The notes beneath the pieces were generated by a model. It was not told the origin of the DNA and did no database searches. It saw nothing but the letters and a program-made list of their open reading frames with translations. Position numbers and translations under genes: made by a program. Below, in pieces: positions 10,453-20,171 of a stretch of DNA of 62,015 nucleotides. The stretch is from an uncultured virus (IMG/VR IMGVR_UViG_3300033994_002454) (lineage: Duplodnaviria > Heunggongvirae > Uroviricota > Caudoviricetes): IMG/VR virus record IMGVR_UViG_3300033994_002454, positions 62,001 through 124,015 of that record. The stretch is one strand, 5' to 3'. Within the stretch, counting starts at the first letter, position 1. The number at the start of each line of letters is the position of its first letter.

Positions 10453-11388
10453 TTAGTAGGTCGCAGAGCATAAATGAGTTTTGTAAAAAGGACACCACTT
10501 GCAATTATCATTTACTTTTGGTTGGTGTTCAACTTGTTTAAAGCCGTTTCGATCAAACGCCTGTTCTATAAATTCTTCAATTGATTTCGTTACTTTATTT
10601 AATTTTACTTTACCCGAAGCCGGTTTGTACCATTGTACACGTTTGATTGTAAATTGTTCGCTTTCAAATATTTTACGTTTTACAATCATAAATTCTACCT
10701 CTACATTTTCTATTGGTACGTTGTATAGTTCCGAATAGTATTTTTTGTATAGGATAAGTTGAAATTGCTTTTGTTCGTTTGATTTTTCTTTTTTACTCCA
10801 ACCTTGTCTGCTTGTTTTAATGTCTATGATTTTGAATGTGTTGGTTGGTTCGTGGTATAAAACAACATCTAAAAACCCTTGAAACATTATGTTTTGTAGT
10901 TTTGGATTTGGAGTCAATATAAGAGGTACTTCACATCCAACTAAATGCCATCCTCGTTTGCTAAAGTGTTTACCTCTTTCTTTTGCTATTTCTCTTATGA
11001 TTTCTACTCCATCGTCATAGAATTCTCTGAGTTCGTCTGGGGTAACAAAGTGTTGGTTGTTGTTTGCTTGGTATTGTTTTTTGTATTCTTCACGGAGTTT
11101 TTCTTCGAGCATTTCAGCTGTGTTAATGCGGTCTGCTTCTGCTCCGCTTTGTTCATACATTACTGTAAGATAATGTTGGAGTACTTCGTGTAGTGCAGTC
11201 CCAAAAACAGTATGAATTGAAGAAGTAAATTGTTTGTGACCTTCTCTATATTGTAGTGACCATTTTTTAGGGCACTCATTAAACATGGACATTTGAGAAT
11301 ATGAAATAGACTTTTGAGTTGCGTAGTCTATTTGTGGTAAAACCTTAGTTTTTATTTCCTTTAATATGGAAGGTAACTTTTTTTTCAT
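10453..11388 (-). CDS. PD-(D/E)XK nuclease, Cas4/RecB-like
   Basis: SYSQ...CP, FGTALH, GFLD, IIDIKT, QLILY, CKWCPF....C (four Cys, possible Fe-S staple). Confidence 0.88.
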   Translation of the reverse strand: MKKKLPSILKEIKTKVLPQIDYATQKSISYSQMSMFNECPKKWSLQYREGHKQFTSSIHTVFGTALHEVLQHYLTVMYEQSGAEADRINTAEMLEEKLREEYKKQYQANNNQHFVTPDELREFYDDGVEIIREIAKERGKHFSKRGWHLVGCEVPLILTPNPKLQNIMFQGFLDVVLYHEPTNTFKIIDIKTSRQGWSKKEKSNEQKQFQLILYKKYYSELYNVPIENVEVEFMIVKRKIFESEQFTIKRVQWYKPASGKVKLNKVTKSIEEFIEQAFDRNGFKQVEHQPKVNDNCKWCPFYKTHLCSATY

Positions 11389-11390
11389 TA

Positions 11391-11426
11391 CCTAAAGATA
11401 AAAAAAAGCTTGCGGTTAGGCAAGCT
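11391..11426 (-). terminator. intrinsic terminator overlapping a promoter-like TTG...TATCTTTA
   Basis: Sense AGCTTGC-CTAACC-GCAAGCT plus T run, then TATCTTTAG just before the nuclease ATG. Confidence 0.7.
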
Positions 11427-11443
11427 CTTCTGTAAAAGTATTT

Positions 11444-11677
11444 TTATTTAATAATCCCAGCTCGTATTTGGAGCATTTTAATTTCTTCAATGTCTTCAGG
11501 GGAACCAACAATCATGTTGTAGTCTTTCATTGTTAACGTTTTTCCTGAAAGTGCTAAACCGATTGCATTTTCTGATACGTTGTGTAAGTCCATGTCGGTT
11601 TGAGCATCTTCTCTAGCGTATTCGAGTAAACGAATAAATAGAGGAACGTCTAATGTGATTGTGTCTCTTTGGTTCAT
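11444..11677 (-). CDS. hypothetical protein with C-terminal MLQIRAGIIK motif (putative internal virion protein)
   Basis: Motif shared with other ORFs in the window; downstream of late-type motif. Confidence 0.6.
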   Translation of the reverse strand: MNQRDTITLDVPLFIRLLEYAREDAQTDMDLHNVSENAIGLALSGKTLTMKDYNMIVGSPEDIEEIKMLQIRAGIIK

Positions 11678-11685
11678 GAAATATA

Positions 11686-12144
11686 TTAATTAAATTCGCT
11701 TAATTCTTCTTCATCAAACCAATAAGTTTCTCCATCATCACCTTTAATTTTATACCAGGTTAATTCTTCTTTTGGAGTCATAGATTCCCAATCCATTCCA
11801 AGATTAGCATCAATCTCATCAGCATATGAAGCATAGTCAGTAACTAATTCAATTGTACCAGTACCTTCAGGATGTTCAACTTCATTACCTACGGCCATTA
11901 CGTTTTCATTAACGCTTTCTTCCTCGTTTAAAGGGTATTTTTGACTTAAAAAGTATTCAAAAGCATCTTCGTAATCTGTTTTAGCGCGAGGTGGGATTTG
12001 GTTGATAGCTCCAATTCCTACAATTCCTCCTGCAACGTAGTGTTCGTTTAATGAGTCTTTTTTAGATTCTTCTAATTTTGCTTTATATTCGCTTTCTGTA
12101 ATTACCCCAGCTAGCATTTGCATACGTAATGTTTCTTTATCCAT
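11686..12144 (-). CDS. hypothetical protein with N-terminal LRMQMLAGVITE motif (putative internal virion protein)
   Basis: N-terminus nearly identical to that of 19608..20102; several (L/I/V)xE sites. Confidence 0.65.
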   Translation of the reverse strand: MDKETLRMQMLAGVITESEYKAKLEESKKDSLNEHYVAGGIVGIGAINQIPPRAKTDYEDAFEYFLSQKYPLNEEESVNENVMAVGNEVEHPEGTGTIELVTDYASYADEIDANLGMDWESMTPKEELTWYKIKGDDGETYWFDEEELSEFN

Positions 12145-12156
12145 TTTGGTATTTTA

Positions 12157-12166
12157 TTATAAATAT
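12157..12166 (-). promoter_or_regulatory. putative late promoter ATATTTATAA
   Basis: Same 10-mer precedes the tape measure and fibre genes. Confidence 0.65.
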
Positions 12167-12381
12167 TATAGTCCTTTGGTCTCTACGATTTTTTTCAATT
12201 TTTCCAAATATAAAATCGCATCCATGTGTTCTTGTTTAGCGTGTTCAATCCACTCTAAAACGCTTAAATCTTCACGGTCTAAATCAACTCCATATTTTGT
12301 TTTACCAAATGTGGCTCTTGAAACAAACTGGTCAATAACTGAATCAACAATTGAATCTGTAACCTTAATTTCTCTATTCAT
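12166..12381 (-). CDS. small helical protein, possibly all-alpha NTP-pyrophosphatase-like
   Basis: GKTKYG..L.R.DL...EW..HA.QE.MD..LY pattern. Confidence 0.45.
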   Translation of the reverse strand: MNREIKVTDSIVDSVIDQFVSRATFGKTKYGVDLDREDLSVLEWIEHAKQEHMDAILYLEKLKKIVETKGL

Positions 12382-12815
12382 TTTTTTAATAGTTTTTCTA
12401 CTTCTTTATCTTCAACACCCATTTTGTATAGAACATTTCTTACTCCATGTTCACGTAAAATGTCAATATATTCTTCAGCTTCGCCTAAACTGCATTCAAA
12501 ATGTTTTGCTACGTACTCTACCAAAGTAACAGGCTGTCTCTTTGTTCTTGACTTAACGTACTTCAAGAACGTTTTAGTTTTTGGGATCATCTCTCTATAA
12601 ATTAAATATGTTTGTTGTTTGTTCTCGTATGGTAGAGTTTGAACAAAATTAGCTAGTTCAACATAATTTATATTCATTGATAAATACCGGTGAACCATAT
12701 AAGAATTCCATTTTTCCCATGATTCTTCCGAAATACCTTTAATTGGGGTTTTGTAGAGGGTTATTTCATTAAGCCATTCAAAAATATTCTTTATTTCCTT
12801 TTTGCCGGTTTTCAT
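12378..12815 (-). CDS. clamp loader small subunit (T4 gp62-like)
   Basis: IFEWLNEI, YMVHRYLSM, FLKYVK, EAEEY pattern; near the large subunit. Confidence 0.7.
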   Translation of the reverse strand: MKTGKKEIKNIFEWLNEITLYKTPIKGISEESWEKWNSYMVHRYLSMNINYVELANFVQTLPYENKQQTYLIYREMIPKTKTFLKYVKSRTKRQPVTLVEYVAKHFECSLGEAEEYIDILREHGVRNVLYKMGVEDKEVEKLLKK

Positions 12816-13374
12816 TTATAGAGAGTGGTTTTGTATTTTTATAGTTGAAGCATTTTTTAATTTCTTGTTCTTTTGTCAAATCAAACAATGAAATTGGTTT
12901 AATATGATCTATTTCCCAATATGTTCCATAGTTTTCCCAATTCATGTTTTGGTCAAATTGTTGCTCTAAATATATAATATATTTTTTAATAGGGCAACCT
13001 AAAAGTTCTTTACTTGAATTACTTTTATTTTTTAAAGCTAAGTATATTCTACTTCGGATATTTTCTTTTAATCTGTGTTGGATGTTACTTTGTCTTTGTT
13101 TTTGGGACCACTGACGTTTATATTCTTTGTTTTTTGTATTGGATTCTTTTATTTTGTCTCTGTTATTTTCCCTCCATTTAGCCCAATATCCAGTTTCTTT
13201 AACATATTGTTTTGTTCTATTTAACTGTTCTTGTTTATGGGTGGGATCGTCATGGTACCTTTTTTTGTTGCGTTCACGATTCTTTTCTCGATTACAAACT
13301 TTACAGGTACCATGATTCGATCTAAAATATTCGTCTAATGGTTTTTCTGTTTTACACACATTACATATTTTCAT
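12778..13374 (-). mobile_element. free-standing HNH endonuclease
   Basis: N-terminal CxxC...CxxC, LLGC, MNWENYG..WEIDHIKP, CFNYKN..PL...EN..K; start taken at MKICNVC. Confidence 0.85.
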
Positions 13375-13425
13375 ATCACTTCGTTTATTATACATATTAG
13401 AAGGATACAAATCTATGTATGTTTT

Positions 13426-13671
13426 TTAGGCATCTAAAGTAATATCTTTGTATTCGTCACGAAGTTCTGGTGGGAGTGAATCAGGTAAGATTTTTTTACT
13501 TTCCATATCATAAAATACTGGGATTGGGATGAGTGAATCTTCTTCAGCTCCGATTAAAAATTTAGAAATTTTACGGACAATGATTGCTTGTCCAAATAGA
13601 TGACCTCCATCAAAGCCAGTTACAGCTGTTGTGTTTTTAAAGTCGATGTTCAACCTTGGTTGTTCTTGCAT
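13426..13671 (-). CDS. hypothetical protein
   Basis: 81-aa ORF in operon, RKISKF..G...D..IPIPVF. Confidence 0.65.
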   Translation of the reverse strand: MQEQPRLNIDFKNTTAVTGFDGGHLFGQAIIVRKISKFLIGAEEDSLIPIPVFYDMESKKILPDSLPPELRDEYKDITLDA

Positions 13672-13672
13672 T

Positions 13673-13885
13673 TTATTTGTTTTTATTGGTTACTTTTTCT
13701 TTTCTATATTCTATAAAGTCATGGATAAACCCTGCTGCTACAATTATATTCATTCCAAATGACATTAGTATTTCATGTAAATCAGCATAAATAGATGTCA
13801 TCAGGTGGATATGTCCAACTGTCCAAAAAGGTACGGACAAATTACTTGATACCCACGAAAGAGTGTATTTTAGGAAATGTTTCAT
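13673..13885 (-). CDS. hypothetical membrane protein
   Basis: Two hydrophobic segments; ATGA overlap with upstream gene. Confidence 0.55.
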   Translation of the reverse strand: MKHFLKYTLSWVSSNLSVPFWTVGHIHLMTSIYADLHEILMSFGMNIIVAAGFIHDFIEYRKEKVTNKNK

Positions 13886-14790
13886 ATAACTTCTATAATC
13901 TTTGCAATTGCAGACATTACGTTAATTTCTTTGTCAATTCGAAAATTTGCTTGATAGAGGTGCTCGTTCAATATAATTGCAACAGAACCTTCTTTACCTG
14001 GGGCATATTTTGAACTATATTCGAATAGTGAGCGGTATAGTTCTTCAAAGTCTTTAACGTTTGAATCTGCTATGGTTTGTCTAATGGTTGTCCAATTTTT
14101 CTTACCTGCTAATTCTTTCAATACCTCTTTGATATAGTTGTTTGAGGTCAAAACTGTTTCATCAAGTACAACACTATCGTCTTTTACAGACATCTGTAAA
14201 ACGTTTAACATTTTACGCATGTCAGGATAGTATTTTACTATCAGTGATTTTAAATCTTCAGGTGTATAGGATATGTTTAATTGATCAGCTAAAATCCAAG
14301 TTAAATGGTTGTACACATCCATTTTTGTTGGGGGTACAATTTTAAGTACCTGGCAACGTGATTGGAGAGGATCAATAATTCGCTCTATAAAGTTACAGGT
14401 TAAGATAAAACGTGTTGAACGTGAAAATGTTTCAATTACGTTTCGTAAAGCGGCTTGTCCTTGAATAGTGATGAAGTCTGCTTCATCTAGGATTACTACT
14501 TTAATTCCTTTCCAAGATGCAGCACTAGCAAATCCCTTTACTTTTTCTCGAATTGTGTCAATTCCATTTTCATCACTTGCGTTGATGTAAAGATAATCAC
14601 AGTCTAGGTTTTTGACTATAATTTTAGCTAGGGTAGTTTTACCTGTACCTGCAGGCCCATAGAAGATGAAGTTTTGAATATCACCTTGGTCTAGGTACTT
14701 TTGGATTGTGTCTTTTACATTTTCGTTTCCTACATAGTATTGTAGTTCAGTAGGACGAAAACGCTCTACGTACAATGTGTTTTCTTTCAT
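13882..14790 (-). CDS. clamp loader large subunit (RFC/T4 gp44-like AAA+ ATPase)
   Basis: ERFRP, GPAGTGKTT, INASDENG, ILDEAD, QSRC motifs. Confidence 0.95.
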   Translation of the reverse strand: MKENTLYVERFRPTELQYYVGNENVKDTIQKYLDQGDIQNFIFYGPAGTGKTTLAKIIVKNLDCDYLYINASDENGIDTIREKVKGFASAASWKGIKVVILDEADFITIQGQAALRNVIETFSRSTRFILTCNFIERIIDPLQSRCQVLKIVPPTKMDVYNHLTWILADQLNISYTPEDLKSLIVKYYPDMRKMLNVLQMSVKDDSVVLDETVLTSNNYIKEVLKELAGKKNWTTIRQTIADSNVKDFEELYRSLFEYSSKYAPGKEGSVAIILNEHLYQANFRIDKEINVMSAIAKIIEVI

Positions 14791-14799
14791 AACCGTATT

Positions 14800-14828
14800 A
14801 TACAAAAAAAGCTTGCACTAGGCAAGCT
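14800..14828 (-). terminator. intrinsic terminator overlapping promoter-like TTG...TATAAT
   Basis: Sense AGCTTGC-CTAGT-GCAAGCT plus T run; the upstream TAG stop lies in the loop. Confidence 0.7.
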
Positions 14829-15195
14829 CTGTTTTTGATCTATAATAAGCTTTTTGTAAAGTTTCTCCTGGTCCTCTATCTCTATATTTTCCACCTACAT
14901 CACCAACTGCAACTCTATACATTGGATCGTTTACTAACTCGTCCATTGTTGCTTTTACTTTAGCTAAATAGTTTTTATATTCTTCTGAAATTTTGATTAG
15001 TTCTGTTTTTTCTTCTGGGGTGTCAAAGAAACGATATAGGTTTCCTCTATCTTCTGCTTCTAGTCTATCTGCATTTTCTTGGGTGAATAAACCAACTTGG
15101 GAAATCATTTCACCTGCTGTATAGTACAAGTCGTTTCCTTCAGCTTCGTTTAGCTTATTTTCAGCTAAATACTTTTTTAAATCAAAATTGTCCAT
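14818..15195 (-). CDS. hypothetical protein with MDNFDLKKYLAENKLNE leader (putative internal virion protein)
   Basis: Leader with LxE sites; in late-type cassette. Confidence 0.6.
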   Translation of the reverse strand: MDNFDLKKYLAENKLNEAEGNDLYYTAGEMISQVGLFTQENADRLEAEDRGNLYRFFDTPEEKTELIKISEEYKNYLAKVKATMDELVNDPMYRVAVGDVGGKYRDRGPGETLQKAYYRSKTELA

Positions 15196-15196
15196 C

Positions 15197-16162
15197 TTAT
15201 TTAATTATTCCTGCTCGTCTAAGCATTTGGTATTTTTCAAAATCAAATTCTTGTTCTTCTTTCAACGTAGTTTTTCTAACTAAAAGTTTTGCACGTTGAT
15301 CTTTGTTTTGGAATCCTGTTACTACAAGTTTATACTTTCTTCCCTCAGGCGATTCAAAAGATTCTATTTCGTATTTTACAGTTGGAACTTCTCCAATTTC
15401 TTTTTGGAATATGCTTCTTGCTTTTTCAACTTTGTCTCTTGAATCAGCTGTATAGGATAAAGGTGGAATAACTTCTTTTTCAGGTTTTTGAACGGCTACT
15501 GGTTCTTCAACATCCTGTTCAACATCGATTAATTCAAAGCTAACTCCTGCATTGTCCATAATTGTTTTCAATACTTTAGACAAGTATGGTTTTGTTTTAT
15601 ATGGGTTTTCTAGAGTTGAAGGAAAAACAATTTTATCACCTTTTACTACATAATGAACACCTTGTTCCAATTTACCACCATATTTTTTTAAGTTGTCTGG
15701 TGTTTTCATTGGAAAATAGTTCTTGCCATATGTTCCAACTAAACTTTTTGGAAGTTCTTTACCTGATAGAGTAAATAGATAGTCGTTTAAGCTCCCATCA
15801 TTTCCTTCTGCTTGCCATCTTTCATAGCCTGATTCTGCTTCTTTTTCAGTAGCAGTCCATGCTTCAGGTACTCTGTTTTTAATATCGATTAGCTTAAATG
15901 CTTTTTCATCATCTGAACGAGAATCCCAATCTTTCCAAGCAGCTCCAGCTTTTTGCGCAGGAATTGAAGGTCCGAATGCTTTTATGATAGCTTGCGGATC
16001 TCGCATGTTTTGTGCGTAAATACCATAATTTTTGGTATCGTTTAAAGCAGCTAGTGCTTTATCAAGATCAGCGGGTTCTACAGCAAGGTCGTAACGAACC
16101 TTTACTTGTTGCATACCATCTTCTTCTCCTTCTACTTCGCGTAAAATGTCTGTTAGTTTCAT
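15197..16162 (-). CDS. hypothetical protein, MKLTDILRE leader and C-terminal QMLRRAGIIK (putative internal virion protein)
   Basis: Shared motifs; ATATTTATAA immediately upstream. Confidence 0.65.
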   Translation of the reverse strand: MKLTDILREVEGEEDGMQQVKVRYDLAVEPADLDKALAALNDTKNYGIYAQNMRDPQAIIKAFGPSIPAQKAGAAWKDWDSRSDDEKAFKLIDIKNRVPEAWTATEKEAESGYERWQAEGNDGSLNDYLFTLSGKELPKSLVGTYGKNYFPMKTPDNLKKYGGKLEQGVHYVVKGDKIVFPSTLENPYKTKPYLSKVLKTIMDNAGVSFELIDVEQDVEEPVAVQKPEKEVIPPLSYTADSRDKVEKARSIFQKEIGEVPTVKYEIESFESPEGRKYKLVVTGFQNKDQRAKLLVRKTTLKEEQEFDFEKYQMLRRAGIIK

Positions 16163-16164
16163 AA

Positions 16165-16174
16165 TTATAAATAT
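16165..16174 (-). promoter_or_regulatory. putative late promoter ATATTTATAA
   Basis: Recurrent 10-mer. Confidence 0.65.
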
Positions 16175-16176
16175 CT

Positions 16177-16205
16177 AAAAAAGAGGACCCATTACATTGG
16201 GTCCC
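16177..16205 (-). terminator. intrinsic terminator ending the groESL run
   Basis: Sense GGACCCA-ATGTAA-TGGGTCC followed by TCTTTTTT. Confidence 0.7.
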
Positions 16206-16455
16206 CATATAAATTGTATCGTTTTGTAGGTTCGGGTTGAATTTCTTTTTCTTCGCTCCGAATAGCATACAATTTACTGTCTAAAGGAGCTAAACGAAAC
16301 TCTACTTTTTCTTGGTTTGCTTCAAACCATGCTTCTAAAGCATCAGTAAGTGACTTGTGAATCACCTTGTTTCTATCGTTCACGAGCACCCAGGAATCTC
16401 CTGGGGGTACTCGTGTTGCGATAAGCTCGTTGTATTCTACTTTTTCTACTTTCAT
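16192..16455 (-). CDS. hypothetical protein
   Basis: 87-aa ORF directly after groEL. Confidence 0.6.
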   Translation of the reverse strand: MKVEKVEYNELIATRVPPGDSWVLVNDRNKVIHKSLTDALEAWFEANQEKVEFRLAPLDSKLYAIRSEEKEIQPEPTKRYNLYGDPM

Positions 16456-16456
16456 A

Positions 16457-18382
<1,926 letters not shown>

Positions 18383-18386
<4 letters not shown>

Positions 18387-18739
18387 ATTTCTAATTTGTT
18401 TAACATTGATTCCATTCCTTCTTTTACTTTACTCCAGGTGGTGATATACCCTTGAATGGTTTCATATTCACCTTCATTTTGATAAAACTTTTCTTTTGCA
18501 ATGCGGTTTACAGCATTTCCAAAGCTACTGTAGTATCCTACAACTTTTTCAACTTCTTTACCGGATGCTTTTTTACCACCAAATCCTCTTGTAGCAATAG
18601 ATCTTTCTATAACTGTAAAGTTTGTAGCATCTTTTACAATGTAGAAAGGTTCCATTGCTGGATCTTTAATTGTGCATAAGTTTGATTGTGTGTCATTTTC
18701 GTCCCTAGCAGGACGGCCTCGTCGTTTGGTTTCTTTCAT
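18383..18739 (-). CDS. hypothetical protein with N-terminal AT-hook-like KRRGRP
   Basis: ORF with ATGA overlap; RGRP motif. Confidence 0.6.
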
Positions 18740-18807
18740 AACTAAATTTAAATTTATAACTGTAATATACTAAAACTATTTTGAATTACCTAATTCTATT
18801 ATACATA

Positions 18808-19542
18808 CTAAAAGGCACTTTCTTCTTTACGTACCATATAATACTCGCATGTTGTATCTTCTGACTTGAACTCCAGTTTCATTAAACCCTGATAGCTCAA
18901 ATAGATGTTTCCACTTTCTAGGTCTTTGTTTTCTTTTAAAATGTTTCTAAACATGTCTGAGTTGAATGGTATTTCAACTTTTTCTTGTTTGATTGTACCG
19001 TACATTTGATAGGTAATTTTGTTGTTGTGGCCTTGCTCGTCTCCAAATGTAAATAAACACATATCGTCTCCATTCATGTCAACATCAATTGAAAGTGTCA
19101 TTGAGCCGATACCTGTTAAAGCGTTTTTTGCTTTAACTAAATTGTCAACAAATTCTTTTTCTAGAGGCAAAACTGCATCCCATTCTGGTTCTGTTACAGA
19201 ACCTACTTTTCCAATTAAAAGTGGATCAGCAAGTGCATATGTTAAGTTAAAAGCATTGTCTGCAAAATGCATTTTAGTGTAAACGTTTTTACCCTTTTCT
19301 AAACTAAACATTAGATCACCTTGGGTGATGCTTAGTAAGTTTAGTAATTTTTTAGTGTCAAAGATAGCTAATTCACTGTCTTCAACATCAAAATTTGTGT
19401 GGATAATTTTACCTATGACTTCTTTGTTTACAGACATAAAGTCAATGGTAAGTGTTTTGTCTTTGATTTTCCACTTAACGGATTCGTTTTCGCCTAAGTA
19501 GTATTTGTTTATAACCGATTGTAGAACTAATTTATTTACCAT
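18808..19542 (-). CDS. sliding clamp (T4 gp45-like)
   Basis: 244 aa; AIFDTKKLLNLL, YALADP, GLMKLEF...YYMV; between PolB and clamp loader. Confidence 0.72.
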   Translation of the reverse strand: MVNKLVLQSVINKYYLGENESVKWKIKDKTLTIDFMSVNKEVIGKIIHTNFDVEDSELAIFDTKKLLNLLSITQGDLMFSLEKGKNVYTKMHFADNAFNLTYALADPLLIGKVGSVTEPEWDAVLPLEKEFVDNLVKAKNALTGIGSMTLSIDVDMNGDDMCLFTFGDEQGHNNKITYQMYGTIKQEKVEIPFNSDMFRNILKENKDLESGNIYLSYQGLMKLEFKSEDTTCEYYMVRKEESAF

Positions 19543-19544
19543 GC

Positions 19545-19582
19545 GCTAAAGATAAGAAAAAGCCTGCCAATAGGCAAGCTTT
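19545..19582 (-). terminator. intrinsic terminator overlapping promoter-like TTG...TATCTTTA
   Basis: Sense AGCTTGCC-TATT-GGCAGGCT-TTTT then CTTATCTTTAG before the clamp ATG. Confidence 0.7.
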
Positions 19583-19607
19583 TCTATAAAGATATTTTAA
19601 TTTTATT

Positions 19608-20102
19608 TTAGTAAGCTGAAGATGCTTTTTTAGCCATTTTTATAAATTCTGCATCTTTTCTTAAATCAGCAACTGTAAGTTTTACTAATTCTTTCATTTC
19701 AGCTTTATCAACTTCTTTAGGGTCTAATCCTGCTTCTTTCATTTTCTTAATAACTATTTGTTCAGCTTCATTTTCAACGTAACTTCTTAAATTGGCATTT
19801 GCTTCCCATTTAAAGTACCCAACTAAAGCTCCAACAATACCTCCAACAAGTGCAACAGCCCCAGCTATTACTTCTGGTCCTTCTGCTACTCCTGTAAGAT
19901 AATCTTCATTGATTTTAGCTTCATCTACTAAATCCATAGATTTTTTAACTTCATCAGGTTTTACTTTAAAGTCTGAGGATAATTCAGATGCAATTTGATC
20001 AAAATCTACCTTTTCACCTTCTGCTTCTTCCATTTTTTCTTTATATTGACCTTCCGTAATAACTCCAGCCAATAATTGCATGCGTAATAATTCTTTTGCC
20101 AT
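19608..20102 (-). CDS. hypothetical protein with LRMQLLAGVITE leader and a hydrophobic helix (putative ejected virion protein)
   Basis: Shared leader; VIAGAVALVGGIVGALVGYF; ATATGTATAA upstream at 20124-20133. Confidence 0.65.
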   Translation of the reverse strand: MAKELLRMQLLAGVITEGQYKEKMEEAEGEKVDFDQIASELSSDFKVKPDEVKKSMDLVDEAKINEDYLTGVAEGPEVIAGAVALVGGIVGALVGYFKWEANANLRSYVENEAEQIVIKKMKEAGLDPKEVDKAEMKELVKLTVADLRKDAEFIKMAKKASSAY

Positions 20103-20171
20103 TGTTTGTTAATTTTTTTCTAGTTATACATATTATACAAATAAGGAAAAATGATAGGGATATCAAATCTT

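Noticed and set aside
10453..11388. CRISPR-Cas system suggested by the Cas4-like nuclease
   Set aside because: No repeat-spacer array or other cas genes seen; solo Cas4-like nucleases are common in phages
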